A stretch of 64,000 nt of DNA from an uncultured Gemmatimonadales bacterium (GCA_963716255.1 OY970303.1:5024001-5088000), one strand, 5' to 3'; shown: positions 38,082-47,784, numbered from the stretch's first letter. Made by a program: numbers and translations. Notes: generated by a model not told the origin, from the sequence alone.

Positions 38082-39280
38082 GGCGTTCCGTTGGCCGAGG
38101 AGGCCGGCCAGGGGTTGGAGTGCGCCGCGTTGTTCACGAAGTCGCGGTCGGTCAAGCTCCGGATGTACGCCAGCAGGGCGGCCCGCTCCTCCGGGGTGAG
38201 GGTGAAGCCCTGCACGAAGTTGTTCTTGTTGGGGTTGTCGCGCCCGACGCCCGCCTTCGGGCCGGAGGCGATGGTGCGTCCCCCCGCCGCGTAGTGGTCC
38301 AGCACGTCGTCCAGAGTGGCCGCGCTCCCGTCGTGGAAGTAGGGGGCGGTCAGCTCCGCGTTGCGCAGCGAGGGAGCCTTGAACTTCCCCATGTCCTCCG
38401 GCCGGTTGGTGAACTCGACGATCCCCACGTTGGGCTCCGGGTAGCCGCCGCGCCCCCCCACGTTGTACAGCCCGGTGTTGAAGTACTCCACCTCGGGGGA
38501 CGCCTTGCCCACCCAGTCGGAGGCGCTGGTCAGCAGCGTCCCCGTGTGGCAGTGGAAGCACTCGGTCGCCTCGCTGAAGAACAGCTCCTCGCCCCGCTTC
38601 GCCTCCGCTGAGATCGCGTTCCGGTCGCCGCGGTTGTACCGGTCGTACGGGGAGTTCGCGCTGATCAGGGTCCGCTGGAAGGCGGCCAGCGCGCGCGCGA
38701 GGTTCTGGAGGGTAATGGCGTCCTCCTGGCCGGGAAACGCGGCCGGGAAGAGCTCCTCATAGCGCGATTCCGCGCGCAGGCGCCGGATCAGCTCGCCCTC
38801 GCGCCCCTCCATTCCCAGCTCCACCGGGTGCTGGCCGAAAAGGGGGATGAGCGCCTGCTGCTCCAGCCGCAGGATGCCGGGGTTGGACCAGTTCAGCACG
38901 GGCTGGTAGCCGACGTTCGCCAGGCTCATGCTGTTGCGGGGGTGCGGCTCGCCCGTGGAGCCCACCCCCACCGGGCGGCCGTCGCTGAACGCCGCCTCCT
39001 GCCGGTGGCAGGAGGCGCAGCTCTGGGTCTGGTTGCCGGACAGGCGCTTGTCGTAGAAGAGGTGGCGCCCCAGCGAGACCTTGGCTTCCGACATCGGGTT
39101 GTCGGCGGGCACCCGCGGCACGGGGAAGCCCGCCGGGACGTTCCAGTCCCAGTCCGCCTGGGCGCCGGGGGAGAGCATTTCGTCGCCGCCGCAGCCCGCG
39201 AGGCAGGCGGCGAGCACCACGGCGGCTGCCGTGATGCCCGCGCGCCGGTTCCGCGGAGGGCGGCCGCAGGAGGGTTCCAT
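38078..39280 (-). CDS. mbnH: MbnH-family di-heme c enzyme (MauG/bCcP superfamily), lipoprotein
   Basis: LAGC lipobox, PADNPMSEAKVSLGRHLFYDKRLS, CASCH, CFHCH, KFKAPSLRN..TAPYFHDGS. Adjacent to mbnP. Confidence 0.88.
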   Translation of the reverse strand: MEPSCGRPPRNRRAGITAAAVVLAACLAGCGGDEMLSPGAQADWDWNVPAGFPVPRVPADNPMSEAKVSLGRHLFYDKRLSGNQTQSCASCHRQEAAFSDGRPVGVGSTGEPHPRNSMSLANVGYQPVLNWSNPGILRLEQQALIPLFGQHPVELGMEGREGELIRRLRAESRYEELFPAAFPGQEDAITLQNLARALAAFQRTLISANSPYDRYNRGDRNAISAEAKRGEELFFSEATECFHCHTGTLLTSASDWVGKASPEVEYFNTGLYNVGGRGGYPEPNVGIVEFTNRPEDMGKFKAPSLRNAELTAPYFHDGSAATLDDVLDHYAAGGRTIASGPKAGVGRDNPNKNNFVQGFTLTPEERAALLAYIRSLTDRDFVNNAAHSNPWPASSANGTP

Positions 39281-39295
39281 GCGGCGGTCCCCATC

Positions 39296-40138
39296 CTACC
39301 TGCGGGCCGCGCGGAAGAGCTGCTGCGCCCCGCCCACGCCGAAGCGCGGCAGGAGCGGCGTGCAGTCGCCGTCCGTGGGCGAGGACATGCATCCCGGCGC
39401 GCCGCCGCTCTCCGCGTCCACGTTGCTGGCCGAGAGCAGGGTCTTCAGGTCGGCCACCGCCACGTCGCGCGTGGGATCGAACCCAGAAAGCGTGACCTCC
39501 ACCCGGTTGGGGCTGGTGCAGGTGGCGGTGCCGGGCGTGCTGCTGGTGCAGCCGGTGCTCCCCAGGTGCGCGAACCAGCCGCCGGGACGTCCGGCGCTCG
39601 CCAGGTCCGCCTTGAAGAACATGTATCCGAGGTTCCAGCTCCAGAAGAGGCCCGTGGTGTTGAGCGGCGCTGGGGCGGCCGACGCGTCGCCGTGGTTCCG
39701 GACGGGCGGGATGCCGAGCGTGAAGCGCAGCCCGGTGAAGCCGCCGCCCTCGACGGTGCCCTCCACGTCGGAGTTGAGGGCCGGGGTGCCCACGCACCCG
39801 CCGGTCCCGTTCTCGAAGTCGAGCAGGGCGATCCTGTCCACCTGGGTGGCGCCGTCCTGCGTGAGCGCCACCGGGACCTCGCTGCCGTCGGCCCTGAGCA
39901 TGCGCAGGTCGCTGACGAAGAAGCGGAAGTCCTTCACCTGGACGGCGCTCCCGGTGGTGCCGATCCCGGAGTAGCTTTGCCCGCACGCGAACGCGGCGTC
40001 GCCCACCTGGGCGGCGAAGCGCACCGTCACCGGCTGCGGCCCCGAGGGTCCGGACGCGTCGCCCTCACAGGCGGCGAGCAGGGGGAGGGCCGCGACCAGG
40101 AGGGCCGCGGAGGAGCGAAAGCGGAGAAAAAGGTTCAT
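39296..40138 (-). CDS. mbnP: MbnP-family copper-binding lipoprotein
   Basis: LAAC lipobox, FACG, DFRFFVS, LLDFENGTGGC, NHGD, FWSWNLGYMF (WxW), HLGSTGC, CxxPNR, GCMS. Confidence 0.88.
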   Translation of the reverse strand: MNLFLRFRSSAALLVAALPLLAACEGDASGPSGPQPVTVRFAAQVGDAAFACGQSYSGIGTTGSAVQVKDFRFFVSDLRMLRADGSEVPVALTQDGATQVDRIALLDFENGTGGCVGTPALNSDVEGTVEGGGFTGLRFTLGIPPVRNHGDASAAPAPLNTTGLFWSWNLGYMFFKADLASAGRPGGWFAHLGSTGCTSSTPGTATCTSPNRVEVTLSGFDPTRDVAVADLKTLLSASNVDAESGGAPGCMSSPTDGDCTPLLPRFGVGGAQQLFRAARR

Positions 40139-40408
40139 CGTCGCCTCGGACGTGGATGGTCGGATGCCTGGCGCGCGTCCACAGTCCGGTCCGCCCCGCG
40201 TGATCGCGAGGGGGAGTCCGGCGGGCGGGCACGGGCCACGCGTTTCCATGGGCCGCCGCGGCGGGAGCCGTGGCGGCGCGCGAAGTTGTCCGGGTGGACC
40301 GAAAGCGGGTGAACGGACCGCTCGTGCACGGCCGGCGCGCAGACGGGCGAGCCGAGGCGCCGCTGGCCTACGCGGGCAGCGGGTCTCGGGCGGAGCGGGA
40401 GCTTTCGG

Positions 40409-40801
40409 TCAGGCGACGGTGGGAGGAGCGGTCGCGTAGGGGAGGAGGTAGGGAACGCGCTCGGGGAGAGCGGGCGTGTCGGTCGGGAGGGGTGCGGAGG
40501 CGCTGAACTCCGATGCCACCCGCACCCGGACCTCCCGGGCGGTGGGGGGAAGGTCGACCGCGCAGGCGATGCAGGAGCCGACGCAGGTACAGGCGCCGTG
40601 CTCCTGCGTGTCGTGCCCGGGCGGCGGCGCGTGCGCGCCGTGCGATGCGCCGTGGTCCGCACGGGCCTCCACGGCCGCGGGCGCGGCGGCCGGGGAGTGG
40701 TGGGGGCACGGGTGCAGCCCGCCCGCGTCCCCGGCCCAGGTGAGGGTGAGGAGCATCGCCGCCCACACGGCGGCCACGCGGAGGGCGACGGAGCGCCTCA
40801 A
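40409..40801 (-). CDS. DUF2946-like leader protein (hydrophobic N-terminus, His-rich, CxxC, C-terminal xAPP)
   Basis: TTG start, CPHH, HGASHGAH..HDTQEH, CTCVGSCIAC, ends LLPYATAPPTVA. First ORF of the mbnP-mbnH-TBDR unit. Confidence 0.72.
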   Translation of the reverse strand: MRRSVALRVAAVWAAMLLTLTWAGDAGGLHPCPHHSPAAAPAAVEARADHGASHGAHAPPPGHDTQEHGACTCVGSCIACAVDLPPTAREVRVRVASEFSASAPLPTDTPALPERVPYLLPYATAPPTVA

Positions 40802-40993
40802 TGGAGGGGAGCTGAGGGGTGCACGGAGGCAAATTTAAACCGCCGGACGCGACGCACAAGCGGACAGTCTCCGCATCCGGTGTGGGAGGTATCCCGACGC
40901 ATGGCCAGGGTCTGGTCGCCTCGCCGCCTGCGCTGCCCCGCGACGACCTCCACCACCGAGTTCACACGGATTCCCGATCAGTCACAGGAAGCG

Positions 40994-42382
40994 TCACAGT
41001 GCCGGAGCAGTTGCCTCCGGCGATCGGGGTGCCGGCTTGATCGTGATCGGCGTCTTGCTGCGCCGGACCAGGAGCCACCCGACCAGGCCGGCGGCGATGG
41101 AGGCGGCGAAGATGCCGATCTTGGCCCGGTCCACCATGGCCGCGTCGGCGAAGGCGAGCCCGCCGACGAAGAGCGACATGGTGAAGCCGATCCCCCCCAG
41201 CCAGCTCACCGCGTGCAGCTGCCCCCAGCGCAGCCCCGCCGGCATCTCCGCCAGGCCCAGCCGCACCGCCACCCAGGCGAAGAGCGTAATTCCCACCGGC
41301 TTCCCCAGGAGGAGCCCCACGACAATCCCCAGCGTCACCGGGTGGGACAGCGCCGCCCCGGCGTCGGCCGGGAGCGCCACGCCCGCGTTGGCCAGCGCGA
41401 AGAGCGGGATGACGAGGAACGCCACGGGCGTGTGCAGCTCGTGCTCGATGCGCTGGAGCGGGGCCTGCGCGGCCTCCGCCACCTCCTCCACCACGTGGAT
41501 GGCCGCCTGCTGGGCGTGGTTGGTGAGCACCGAGCGCCCTTCCTCGCCCGCGTCCTCGAAGCGCACCAGGGCCTCGCTCGTGTGCGCCAGGAACTCGTCG
41601 GCGTCGATCCGCGTCCGGGCCGGAATCGCCATGGCGAGGAGGACGCCGGCCACCGTGGCGTGGACGCCCGAGGCCAGGAAGCAGGCCCAGACCCCCACTC
41701 CGAGAAGGACGTAGACCGGGGGGCGCCGCGCTCCCAGGCGGTTGGCGAACGCCGCGAGCGCGAGGAGGCCGAGCCCCGCGAACAGGGCGCCCCAGGCGAT
41801 CCCGGAGGTGTAGAAGAGGGCGATCACCAGCACGGCGCCGATGTCGTCCACGATGGCGAGGGCGGTCAGGAACACCTTGAGCGAGACCGGCACGCGGGGC
41901 CCCAGGAGCGCGAGCACGCCCAGGGCGAAGGCGATGTCCGTCGCCATGGGGATCCCCCACCCGGGAGCCCCCTCCCCGCCGGCGTTGAAGAGCGCGTAGA
42001 GCACGGCAGGGACCACCATTCCCCCCAGCGCCGCCGCGGCCGGGAGCGCGGCGCGCCGCGGCGAGGCGAGCTCCCCCACCAGCGCTTCGCGCTTGATCTC
42101 CAGCCCCACCAGGAAGAAGAACACGGCCATCAGGCCGTCGTTGATCCAGTAGTGGAACGAGTGGGAGGTCTCCCACGGCCCCACCCGCAGCGCCAGCTCC
42201 GTCTCCCACAGGTGGTGGAAGGCTCCGGCCCAGGGCGAATTCGCCAGGACGAGCGCGACCGCGGCGGCCGCCATCAGCACCAGCCCCCCGGCCGACTCGG
42301 TGCGGATGAAGGCGGAGACCGGCGCCAGGAGCCGCTGGATCGGGGAGGTGGGCAGCCGGGGCCCGGCGTTCGCGGGTGTCAT
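40994..42382 (-). CDS. nhaA: Na+/H+ antiporter NhaA
   Basis: WINDGLMAVFFFLVGLEIKRE, GWGIPMATDIAFALG, LAIVDDIGA, GVHAT, GIGFTMSLF. Confidence 0.96.
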   Translation of the reverse strand: MTPANAGPRLPTSPIQRLLAPVSAFIRTESAGGLVLMAAAAVALVLANSPWAGAFHHLWETELALRVGPWETSHSFHYWINDGLMAVFFFLVGLEIKREALVGELASPRRAALPAAAALGGMVVPAVLYALFNAGGEGAPGWGIPMATDIAFALGVLALLGPRVPVSLKVFLTALAIVDDIGAVLVIALFYTSGIAWGALFAGLGLLALAAFANRLGARRPPVYVLLGVGVWACFLASGVHATVAGVLLAMAIPARTRIDADEFLAHTSEALVRFEDAGEEGRSVLTNHAQQAAIHVVEEVAEAAQAPLQRIEHELHTPVAFLVIPLFALANAGVALPADAGAALSHPVTLGIVVGLLLGKPVGITLFAWVAVRLGLAEMPAGLRWGQLHAVSWLGGIGFTMSLFVGGLAFADAAMVDRAKIGIFAASIAAGLVGWLLVRRSKTPITIKPAPRSPEATAPAL

Positions 42383-42446
42383 CGCTTCAGTCTCTTGGAG
42401 GCTTCGAGGTGGTGAATCGTGAAGGAGCGGTCGGCGCGCACGCGCG

Positions 42447-43406
42447 TCACCCCACCAGTGTCCAAAGGTACACGGCGTACGCGCCGAGCAGGACGCATCC
42501 TTCCCAGCGGTCGATGCGCATCCCCCGCCAGAGCACGGGCAGGAGGAGGAGCGCCGTGCCCATCATCCACCACAGGTCTGCACCGGCCAGTGCCGGGGCA
42601 ACCGGAATCGGATGGACGAGGGCGGTGACGCCCAGGATGCCGAGCAGGTTGAAGACGTTGGAGCCGATCATGTTGGCCACGGCCACATCGGTCTGGCGCC
42701 GCGCGGCGGCGACGGCCGAGGTCACCACCTCCGGCATCCCGGTGCCGGCCGCCACCACGGTGAGCCCGATGACCCGCTCCGTCATCCCGGCCAGGCGCGC
42801 GAGGTCGACCGCGCCGCTCACCAGCAGCCGCCCTCCCACCACGAGCAGCCCGACGCCGCCCACCACCGCGGCGGCGGCCGTGAGGCGCTCCCGGCGCCCC
42901 GGGTGCAGGGACCGGTCGTCGGCGGACTCGGCGAACTCCGCCCGCTCCGCCCCCCGGACCTCGCGCTTCCCCAAGTGCACCGAGTAGGCGGTGAACAGGA
43001 CCAGGCAGAGCACCAGGAACGCGCCCTCCACCCGCTCCAGGCGCAGGTCGCGCAGGAGCACCGCGCAGAGGGCGCTCGCCCCGAACATCACCGGCCACTC
43101 CAGGCGCACGGCCGCCCCGCGCACCGGCAGCGCGTGGACCAGGGCCGCGATGCCGAGCGCGGCGGTCACGTTGAAGATGTTGGAGCCGACCACGTTCCCC
43201 ACCGCGATGTCGGGCTGCCCCCGCGCCGCGGCCATCAGGCCGACCGCCAGCTCCGGCATGGAGGTCCCCATCGCCACCACCGTCAGGCCGATCACGGCGG
43301 GGGTGAGTCCGGCCAGGCGCGCGAGCAGCGTGGCACCACGCACGAGCAGCTCGCCGCCCGCGACGAGCAGGGCGAGCCCGCCCAGGAAGAGAAGGACTGC
43401 GGTCAT
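42447..43406 (-). CDS. Calcium/sodium antiporter (CaCA, YrbG-like)
   Basis: Alpha repeats GTSMPE..GNVVGSNIFN and GTGMPE..ANMIGSNVFN. Confidence 0.92.
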   Translation of the reverse strand: MTAVLLFLGGLALLVAGGELLVRGATLLARLAGLTPAVIGLTVVAMGTSMPELAVGLMAAARGQPDIAVGNVVGSNIFNVTAALGIAALVHALPVRGAAVRLEWPVMFGASALCAVLLRDLRLERVEGAFLVLCLVLFTAYSVHLGKREVRGAERAEFAESADDRSLHPGRRERLTAAAAVVGGVGLLVVGGRLLVSGAVDLARLAGMTERVIGLTVVAAGTGMPEVVTSAVAAARRQTDVAVANMIGSNVFNLLGILGVTALVHPIPVAPALAGADLWWMMGTALLLLPVLWRGMRIDRWEGCVLLGAYAVYLWTLVG

Positions 43407-43430
43407 TCGCTCAGACCATGCAAGTAGGGT

Positions 43431-43466
43431 ACGGCCCGGCTCCGCGGCACCTGCGTCTACACCCGG
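43431..43466 (-). ncRNA. Candidate cis-regulatory element resembling the nhaA-I (Li+) riboswitch motif
   Basis: GGGTGTAGACGCAGGTGCCGCGGAGCCGGGCCGT ends about 25 nt upstream of the CaCA-nhaA unit. Resembles the GGGUG..GCAGG..GGUCGGGCCG pattern recalled from memory; not model-tested. Confidence 0.45.
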
Positions 43467-43593
43467 CTCCGGGGAACGTGGCGGTACTCTGGTGAACCCC
43501 CCGGCACCACGGGGGGTAGCCCTCCACGCAACGCCCGCACCGCTGGAGCAGCCAGGCGCGTCAGGGAGTGGTGGGCCTCGACACGAGAACGGA

Positions 43594-44178
43594 ATGGGCG
43601 GAGCCTGGATCGAGCAGTACGGGTACTGGGCGGTGCTCGTCGGGGGTATCCTGGAGGGGGAGACGGTGTTCGTCGCCGCGGGATACGGCCTCAGCCAGGA
43701 GTACCTGAGGCCGCTCCCCACCTTCCTTGCCGCGGTGCTGGGAGGGACCCTGGGAGACGTCGCGTACTACACCCTGGGCCGGGTCTACGGCGCCCGGCTG
43801 ATTCGGGCCGTCCCCTTCCTCCGGCGCCTTCGCGCCCGCGCGGTGCTGCTGCTGCGCCGGTGGGGGAGGGCCACCGCGTTCGTCACCCGATTCGCGTACG
43901 GGCTGCGGATCGTGCTCCCGCTCAGCATCGGCGCCGCACGGCTCGCCTGGCCCGTGTTCCTCCTCTTCAACCTGCTCGGGTCGGTAGCCTTCGCCGCCAC
44001 GTACCTGTCCCTCGGCTACCTGTTCGGCGAGACGCTGGAGGAGATCCTCGGGCGTCTGCGGGGATACGAGGGACGAATCCTGCTCGGGTTCGCGCTGGCT
44101 GGGGCGGTGTTCTGGGCCGTCCGCGAGTGGAAGCTGGTCCGCGCCGCGGAGCCCGGGGAACCAGACGTCGACGCGTAG
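43594..44178 (+). CDS. DedA family membrane protein
   Basis: YGYWAVLVGGILEGETV, GDVAYYTLGR, TRFAYGLR, FLLFNLLG. Confidence 0.92.
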   Translation: MGGAWIEQYGYWAVLVGGILEGETVFVAAGYGLSQEYLRPLPTFLAAVLGGTLGDVAYYTLGRVYGARLIRAVPFLRRLRARAVLLLRRWGRATAFVTRFAYGLRIVLPLSIGAARLAWPVFLLFNLLGSVAFAATYLSLGYLFGETLEEILGRLRGYEGRILLGFALAGAVFWAVREWKLVRAAEPGEPDVDA

Positions 44179-44228
44179 CGAAGCCGCAGCGCGGCGCGCG
44201 CGCGAGGCCCTGCCCGGGAATGGTGGTC

Positions 44229-44885
44229 TCATGCTCTTGACGTGGCGGCCGGCTGCGGCCCGGAGGTGGCTTCGCGCCAGTTTGTCGCCGGGAGCCGCAG
44301 CGTGAAGATAGTCTCCCGGCCGACCCCGCTGGCCACGGTGAAGTCGCCGCTCAGCAGCCGGGCGATCCGTCGGCTGATGGCAAGGCCGAGGCCGCTCCCC
44401 TCACCGCCGCTTTCGGGGATGCGGTAGAACTCCAGGAAGATCCTCTCCAGCTCAGACCCGGCGATCCCCGGCCCGAAGTCGGTCACCTGCACCTCGCCCC
44501 ACCCCTGGCCGGCGCCCCCGGCGCCGGGCTCGCGGGCGACCGACAGGACGATCGGTCGCTTCCATAGAAGTGCCGGCGGGGCGGTCGCCCCGGCCTGCAA
44601 GGGATCCGAGGCGAAGAGCGTCCGCCCGTCCGCTCCGTAGACCAGGACGCCGTAGATCTGCCGCTCCCGGCTGATGCGGCCGATGATGGCCTGCACGTCG
44701 CGGAGGTCGGGGATCCCGGAACGCCTGCTCCAGACTGATGCCGAGCGCCGTGGCGTAGGCACGGGTCTCCCGCCGCGCCTCCTCCGCCAGCACCGTCTGG
44801 CGCTGGTACAGGGCCCATGCTCCATACGCCATGACCCCGGGACGGCAAGGAGGAGCGGGATGAGCAGCCGTGAGCCGAGTCTCAT
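44229..44885 (-). pseudogene. Membrane histidine kinase remnant (sensor N-terminus joined to a HATPase tail)
   Basis: MRLGSRLLIPLL.., two frameshifts, RERQIYGVLVYGADGRTLFASDP as in 62604-63702, then a jump to DFGPGI..GSGLGLAISRRIARLL. No H-box. Confidence 0.8.
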
Positions 44886-46618
44886 CGTTCGCCTGCGCCT
44901 GCGCCGGCCGACGCACGAGCAGCGGGTGCGGCAACGGTGCCCGGAGCGGCCGCGCTGTCCGGGCGGACGCACGGCGCCGCCGAGTAGCGTACGCTCCAGG
45001 CTGCACCCGCCGAGTCCACCCCGACCCGTCCGCCCGGCACCGACAGGGCTTCCGCCCGAGCGCGCGCCGCCACTCGCGCCAGCGCCGTGTCGCCCGCGAG
45101 CGCGGGCCGGCCGGGGAGAGCCACGCAGGCGAACAGGCGGTCCATGCTCCGCACCGCGTCCACGGCGCCCAGGAGCCCCGGGAGCCACTCCGCCCCTCGT
45201 CCCGCCGGCGCGCCGGCGGGCTCGAGGGGAAACGCGCGCGTCCGCACGTCCACGCTCGTCCCGATCCGCTCCGACACCGCGCGGCCGAGCAGCGCGTCCG
45301 CGGCGGGGCCGCCGGGCTCGCCCAGGTACTCGACGAGGACTCGCGGCGCGGCGGAGTCCGGCACCTCCAGCCTCCACCCCAGGAGCGGGCCCATCTGCCC
45401 CTCCGGCCAGGCGCCCCGAACGGCCGCGCCGACCCGCTGCCGGAGGTCGCCCACGTCGATCCCCACCGGCTCCGGCGCGGCCGGCTCCGGCGCCGAAGCG
45501 GCCTGGCGCAGGGCGTTCACGTCCGGTACCGCGATCACCCGGACCGTGGGAACCACCCCGGTGCGCGCCGCGATCCGGGTACCCAACTCGTCCTCCAGCG
45601 CGGCGGCCTCGGCGGCCGAGCCCACCACGTACATGCGGGCAGAGACCGCGCCCGGCGACACCGTCACCTGCGACTGCATCGCGCTGCGCGACTCCAGCGC
45701 CCCGTCCAGGATCCGCCCCACCGCGGTGCGGGCGCGGACCTCCCACGCCACCTGCTCCAGCGCGCGCCGCAGGGGGACGAACACCGCCACCACCAGCAGG
45801 AGAGGCAACCCCACCCGGAGCACCCGCCCGTACCGCATGCCGAACACGGCGCGCAGGCCCTCCACCGCACGGCGGACGAACCCATCCGGCCGCGCCCTTC
45901 CCAGGGCCGCATCCTCCCAGTCCCGCTGGTCCACCCGCTCGAAGCCGAGCACCCAGAAGAACACGACCGAGACCAGGAGGATCGCGGTGAGGTTGGTCAG
46001 GAACAGGAGCGTGGCGCCCCCGGCGATCCCGGCGTCCCGCACGCCCAGTCCGAAGCCCGCCACGCAGATGGGCGGCACGAGCGCGATCCCGATGGCGGTG
46101 CCGGCCGCCGCGCTGGCCGACTCCGAGCCCGGCCGCGCCGTGGTGAACGCCGCAGCCACCGCGACGAAGACCGCCAGGAGCAGGTCCAGGGCGGTGGGCG
46201 AGGTCCGCGACGCGATCTCCGCCGTGACCTCCTGGAACGGCAGCAGGACCGTGAGCAGCGCCGCCCCGCCCACCACGGCCAGCACGCTCCCGACCATGCG
46301 CGCGAAGGAGCGGAGGGTGAGCACGGCGGAGCCCACCACCAGCCCCATCCCCAGCTCCACGATGGGACCCATCAGGGGTGCGATGAGCATCGCCCCGATC
46401 ACCACGGCCGTGCTGCCGAGCACCAGCCCGACGGTGGCGATGGCCATGGACAGGAGGAGCTGGAGCCAGTAGCTCACCGCGTCTCGCCGGCGGCGGTTGA
46501 ACATCGCCTCCACCACGCCCCGCCGGTCCGCGGCGGTCAGGTCGAGCGCGCGGAGGGCGACGACGTGGATGCGGCGCTCCATTACGTGGCGCCGCTTCGC
46601 GGGTCGAGGTGCGGCCAT
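44882..46618 (-). CDS. DUF389 membrane protein with long C-terminal extension (copy A)
   Basis: IATVGLVLGSTAVVIGAMLIAPLMGPI, EIASRTSPT, GTAIGIALVPP, LLFLTNL. Confidence 0.9.
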   Translation of the reverse strand: MAAPRPAKRRHVMERRIHVVALRALDLTAADRRGVVEAMFNRRRRDAVSYWLQLLLSMAIATVGLVLGSTAVVIGAMLIAPLMGPIVELGMGLVVGSAVLTLRSFARMVGSVLAVVGGAALLTVLLPFQEVTAEIASRTSPTALDLLLAVFVAVAAAFTTARPGSESASAAAGTAIGIALVPPICVAGFGLGVRDAGIAGGATLLFLTNLTAILLVSVVFFWVLGFERVDQRDWEDAALGRARPDGFVRRAVEGLRAVFGMRYGRVLRVGLPLLLVVAVFVPLRRALEQVAWEVRARTAVGRILDGALESRSAMQSQVTVSPGAVSARMYVVGSAAEAAALEDELGTRIAARTGVVPTVRVIAVPDVNALRQAASAPEPAAPEPVGIDVGDLRQRVGAAVRGAWPEGQMGPLLGWRLEVPDSAAPRVLVEYLGEPGGPAADALLGRAVSERIGTSVDVRTRAFPLEPAGAPAGRGAEWLPGLLGAVDAVRSMDRLFACVALPGRPALAGDTALARVAARARAEALSVPGGRVGVDSAGAAWSVRYSAAPCVRPDSAAAPGTVAAPAARASAGAGAGER

Positions 46619-46747
46619 TAACTCGGAGCGGTCAATGAACGGGCGGGCAGCCCTCCCGGGAGGCGCCGCCATGAGGCAGGGAAGGTAACTCGGGTCGGAA
46701 AGCGGTGGAAAGGCATGGCGCGGGTCCCGTGGCAGGACGGCCGGTCG

Positions 46748-47551
46748 TCACCGGGGCTCTCCGAGCCTGCGGATCTCCGCCCGGAGCGACGCGATCTCCC
46801 TGCGCAGCGCCTCGATCGCCTCGGCGCTCGCGACCTCTCCCTGCCCGCTTTCCGCGTCGCGCCCCACGAAGAACGACGCCAGCGCGGCGGTGATGTAGCC
46901 GAGGACAGCCAGCGCGTAGACGGCCAGCAGGAAAGCCAGGATGCGCCCCTCGACCGTCCGGGGCCAGTATTCCGATCCCAGGGACGTCATCAGCATCGCG
47001 GTCCACCAGAGCGCGCTCCAGTAGTCGTCGAGCCCCCCGCCGGCCGGCAGGTTCCGCTCGAACGCGTGCATCCCGGCCGCGCCCACCAGGGTGACCAACG
47101 CGGTGAGCACCACGACGTACCCGAGCCCGCGCCGCCCCATGCTCCTGCCGAGCGCGCGCATCCCCCGGTTCAGGGATGCGACCACCTTCACGAGCCGGAG
47201 CCCGCGCGCGGCGCGGGCCACGCGGAAGAGCCGGACCAGGCGCACGACCCGGACGATCCGGAGCGCCGGGAGGAACAGGGCGACCACCGTCAGCCAGTTC
47301 CGCCGCAGGTAGGCGAGCCGCCGCGGCGCGAGCACGAGCCGCAGGACGAAGTCGAAGACGAAGATCCCCCAGATCGCGGCGCTGAGCCGCTCCAGCCGAA
47401 CGTCGAGCCCGCGGGTGAGCTCCACGACCAGCAGCGCCAGCCAGGCGAAGCCGAGCAGCACCATCGGCATCTCCAGCCACCGCTCAACACGGAGGAGCAG
47501 GCGCCACCGCTCCCGTTCCAGGCGGCGTCCATCCAGTGTGCCGTCACTCAC
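46748..47551 (-). CDS. Voltage-gated channel-like ion transporter with non-canonical filter
   Basis: S4-like LRIVRVVRLVRLFRVAR, pore WSALWWTAMLMTSLGSEYWPRTVEGR, C-terminal coil. Confidence 0.85.
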   Translation of the reverse strand: MSDGTLDGRRLERERWRLLLRVERWLEMPMVLLGFAWLALLVVELTRGLDVRLERLSAAIWGIFVFDFVLRLVLAPRRLAYLRRNWLTVVALFLPALRIVRVVRLVRLFRVARAARGLRLVKVVASLNRGMRALGRSMGRRGLGYVVVLTALVTLVGAAGMHAFERNLPAGGGLDDYWSALWWTAMLMTSLGSEYWPRTVEGRILAFLLAVYALAVLGYITAALASFFVGRDAESGQGEVASAEAIEALRREIASLRAEIRRLGEPR

Positions 47552-47591
47552 GGGCTCGCTCGCTGCAAAGGAAATTCGGTCGCGAGGGGGA

Positions 47592-47700
47592 TCAGTCGGA
47601 CGGCGGCGCCAGGTCGCGGAGGCTGCCCCGCTCTCCCTCCCCGCCTTGCACCACGCTGAAGGTGCCGTCCGTCTCGACGGCCACGGCTTCGACGACCCGC
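47592..47700 (-). pseudogene. DUF421 C-terminal fragment
   Basis: VEAVAVETDGTFSVVQGGEGERGSLRDLAPPSD* aligns with ADAVVLETDGSFSVL..GGSLQG of 60340-60867. Confidence 0.65.
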
Positions 47701-47784
47701 CGAGCCGGCCCGGACCGGATGCAGGATCGGAGCCCGGGCCCGCCCCGTCCCGGTGCGGGCCGGCGCCGGCCCGGCTGTCGGCCT

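Noticed and set aside
35952..40801. Methanobactin biosynthetic cluster, with the 130-aa ORF as RiPP precursor
   Set aside because: No MbnB/MbnC or short MbnA-like peptide. The ORF has a hydrophobic N-terminus and a leader-type C-terminus instead.
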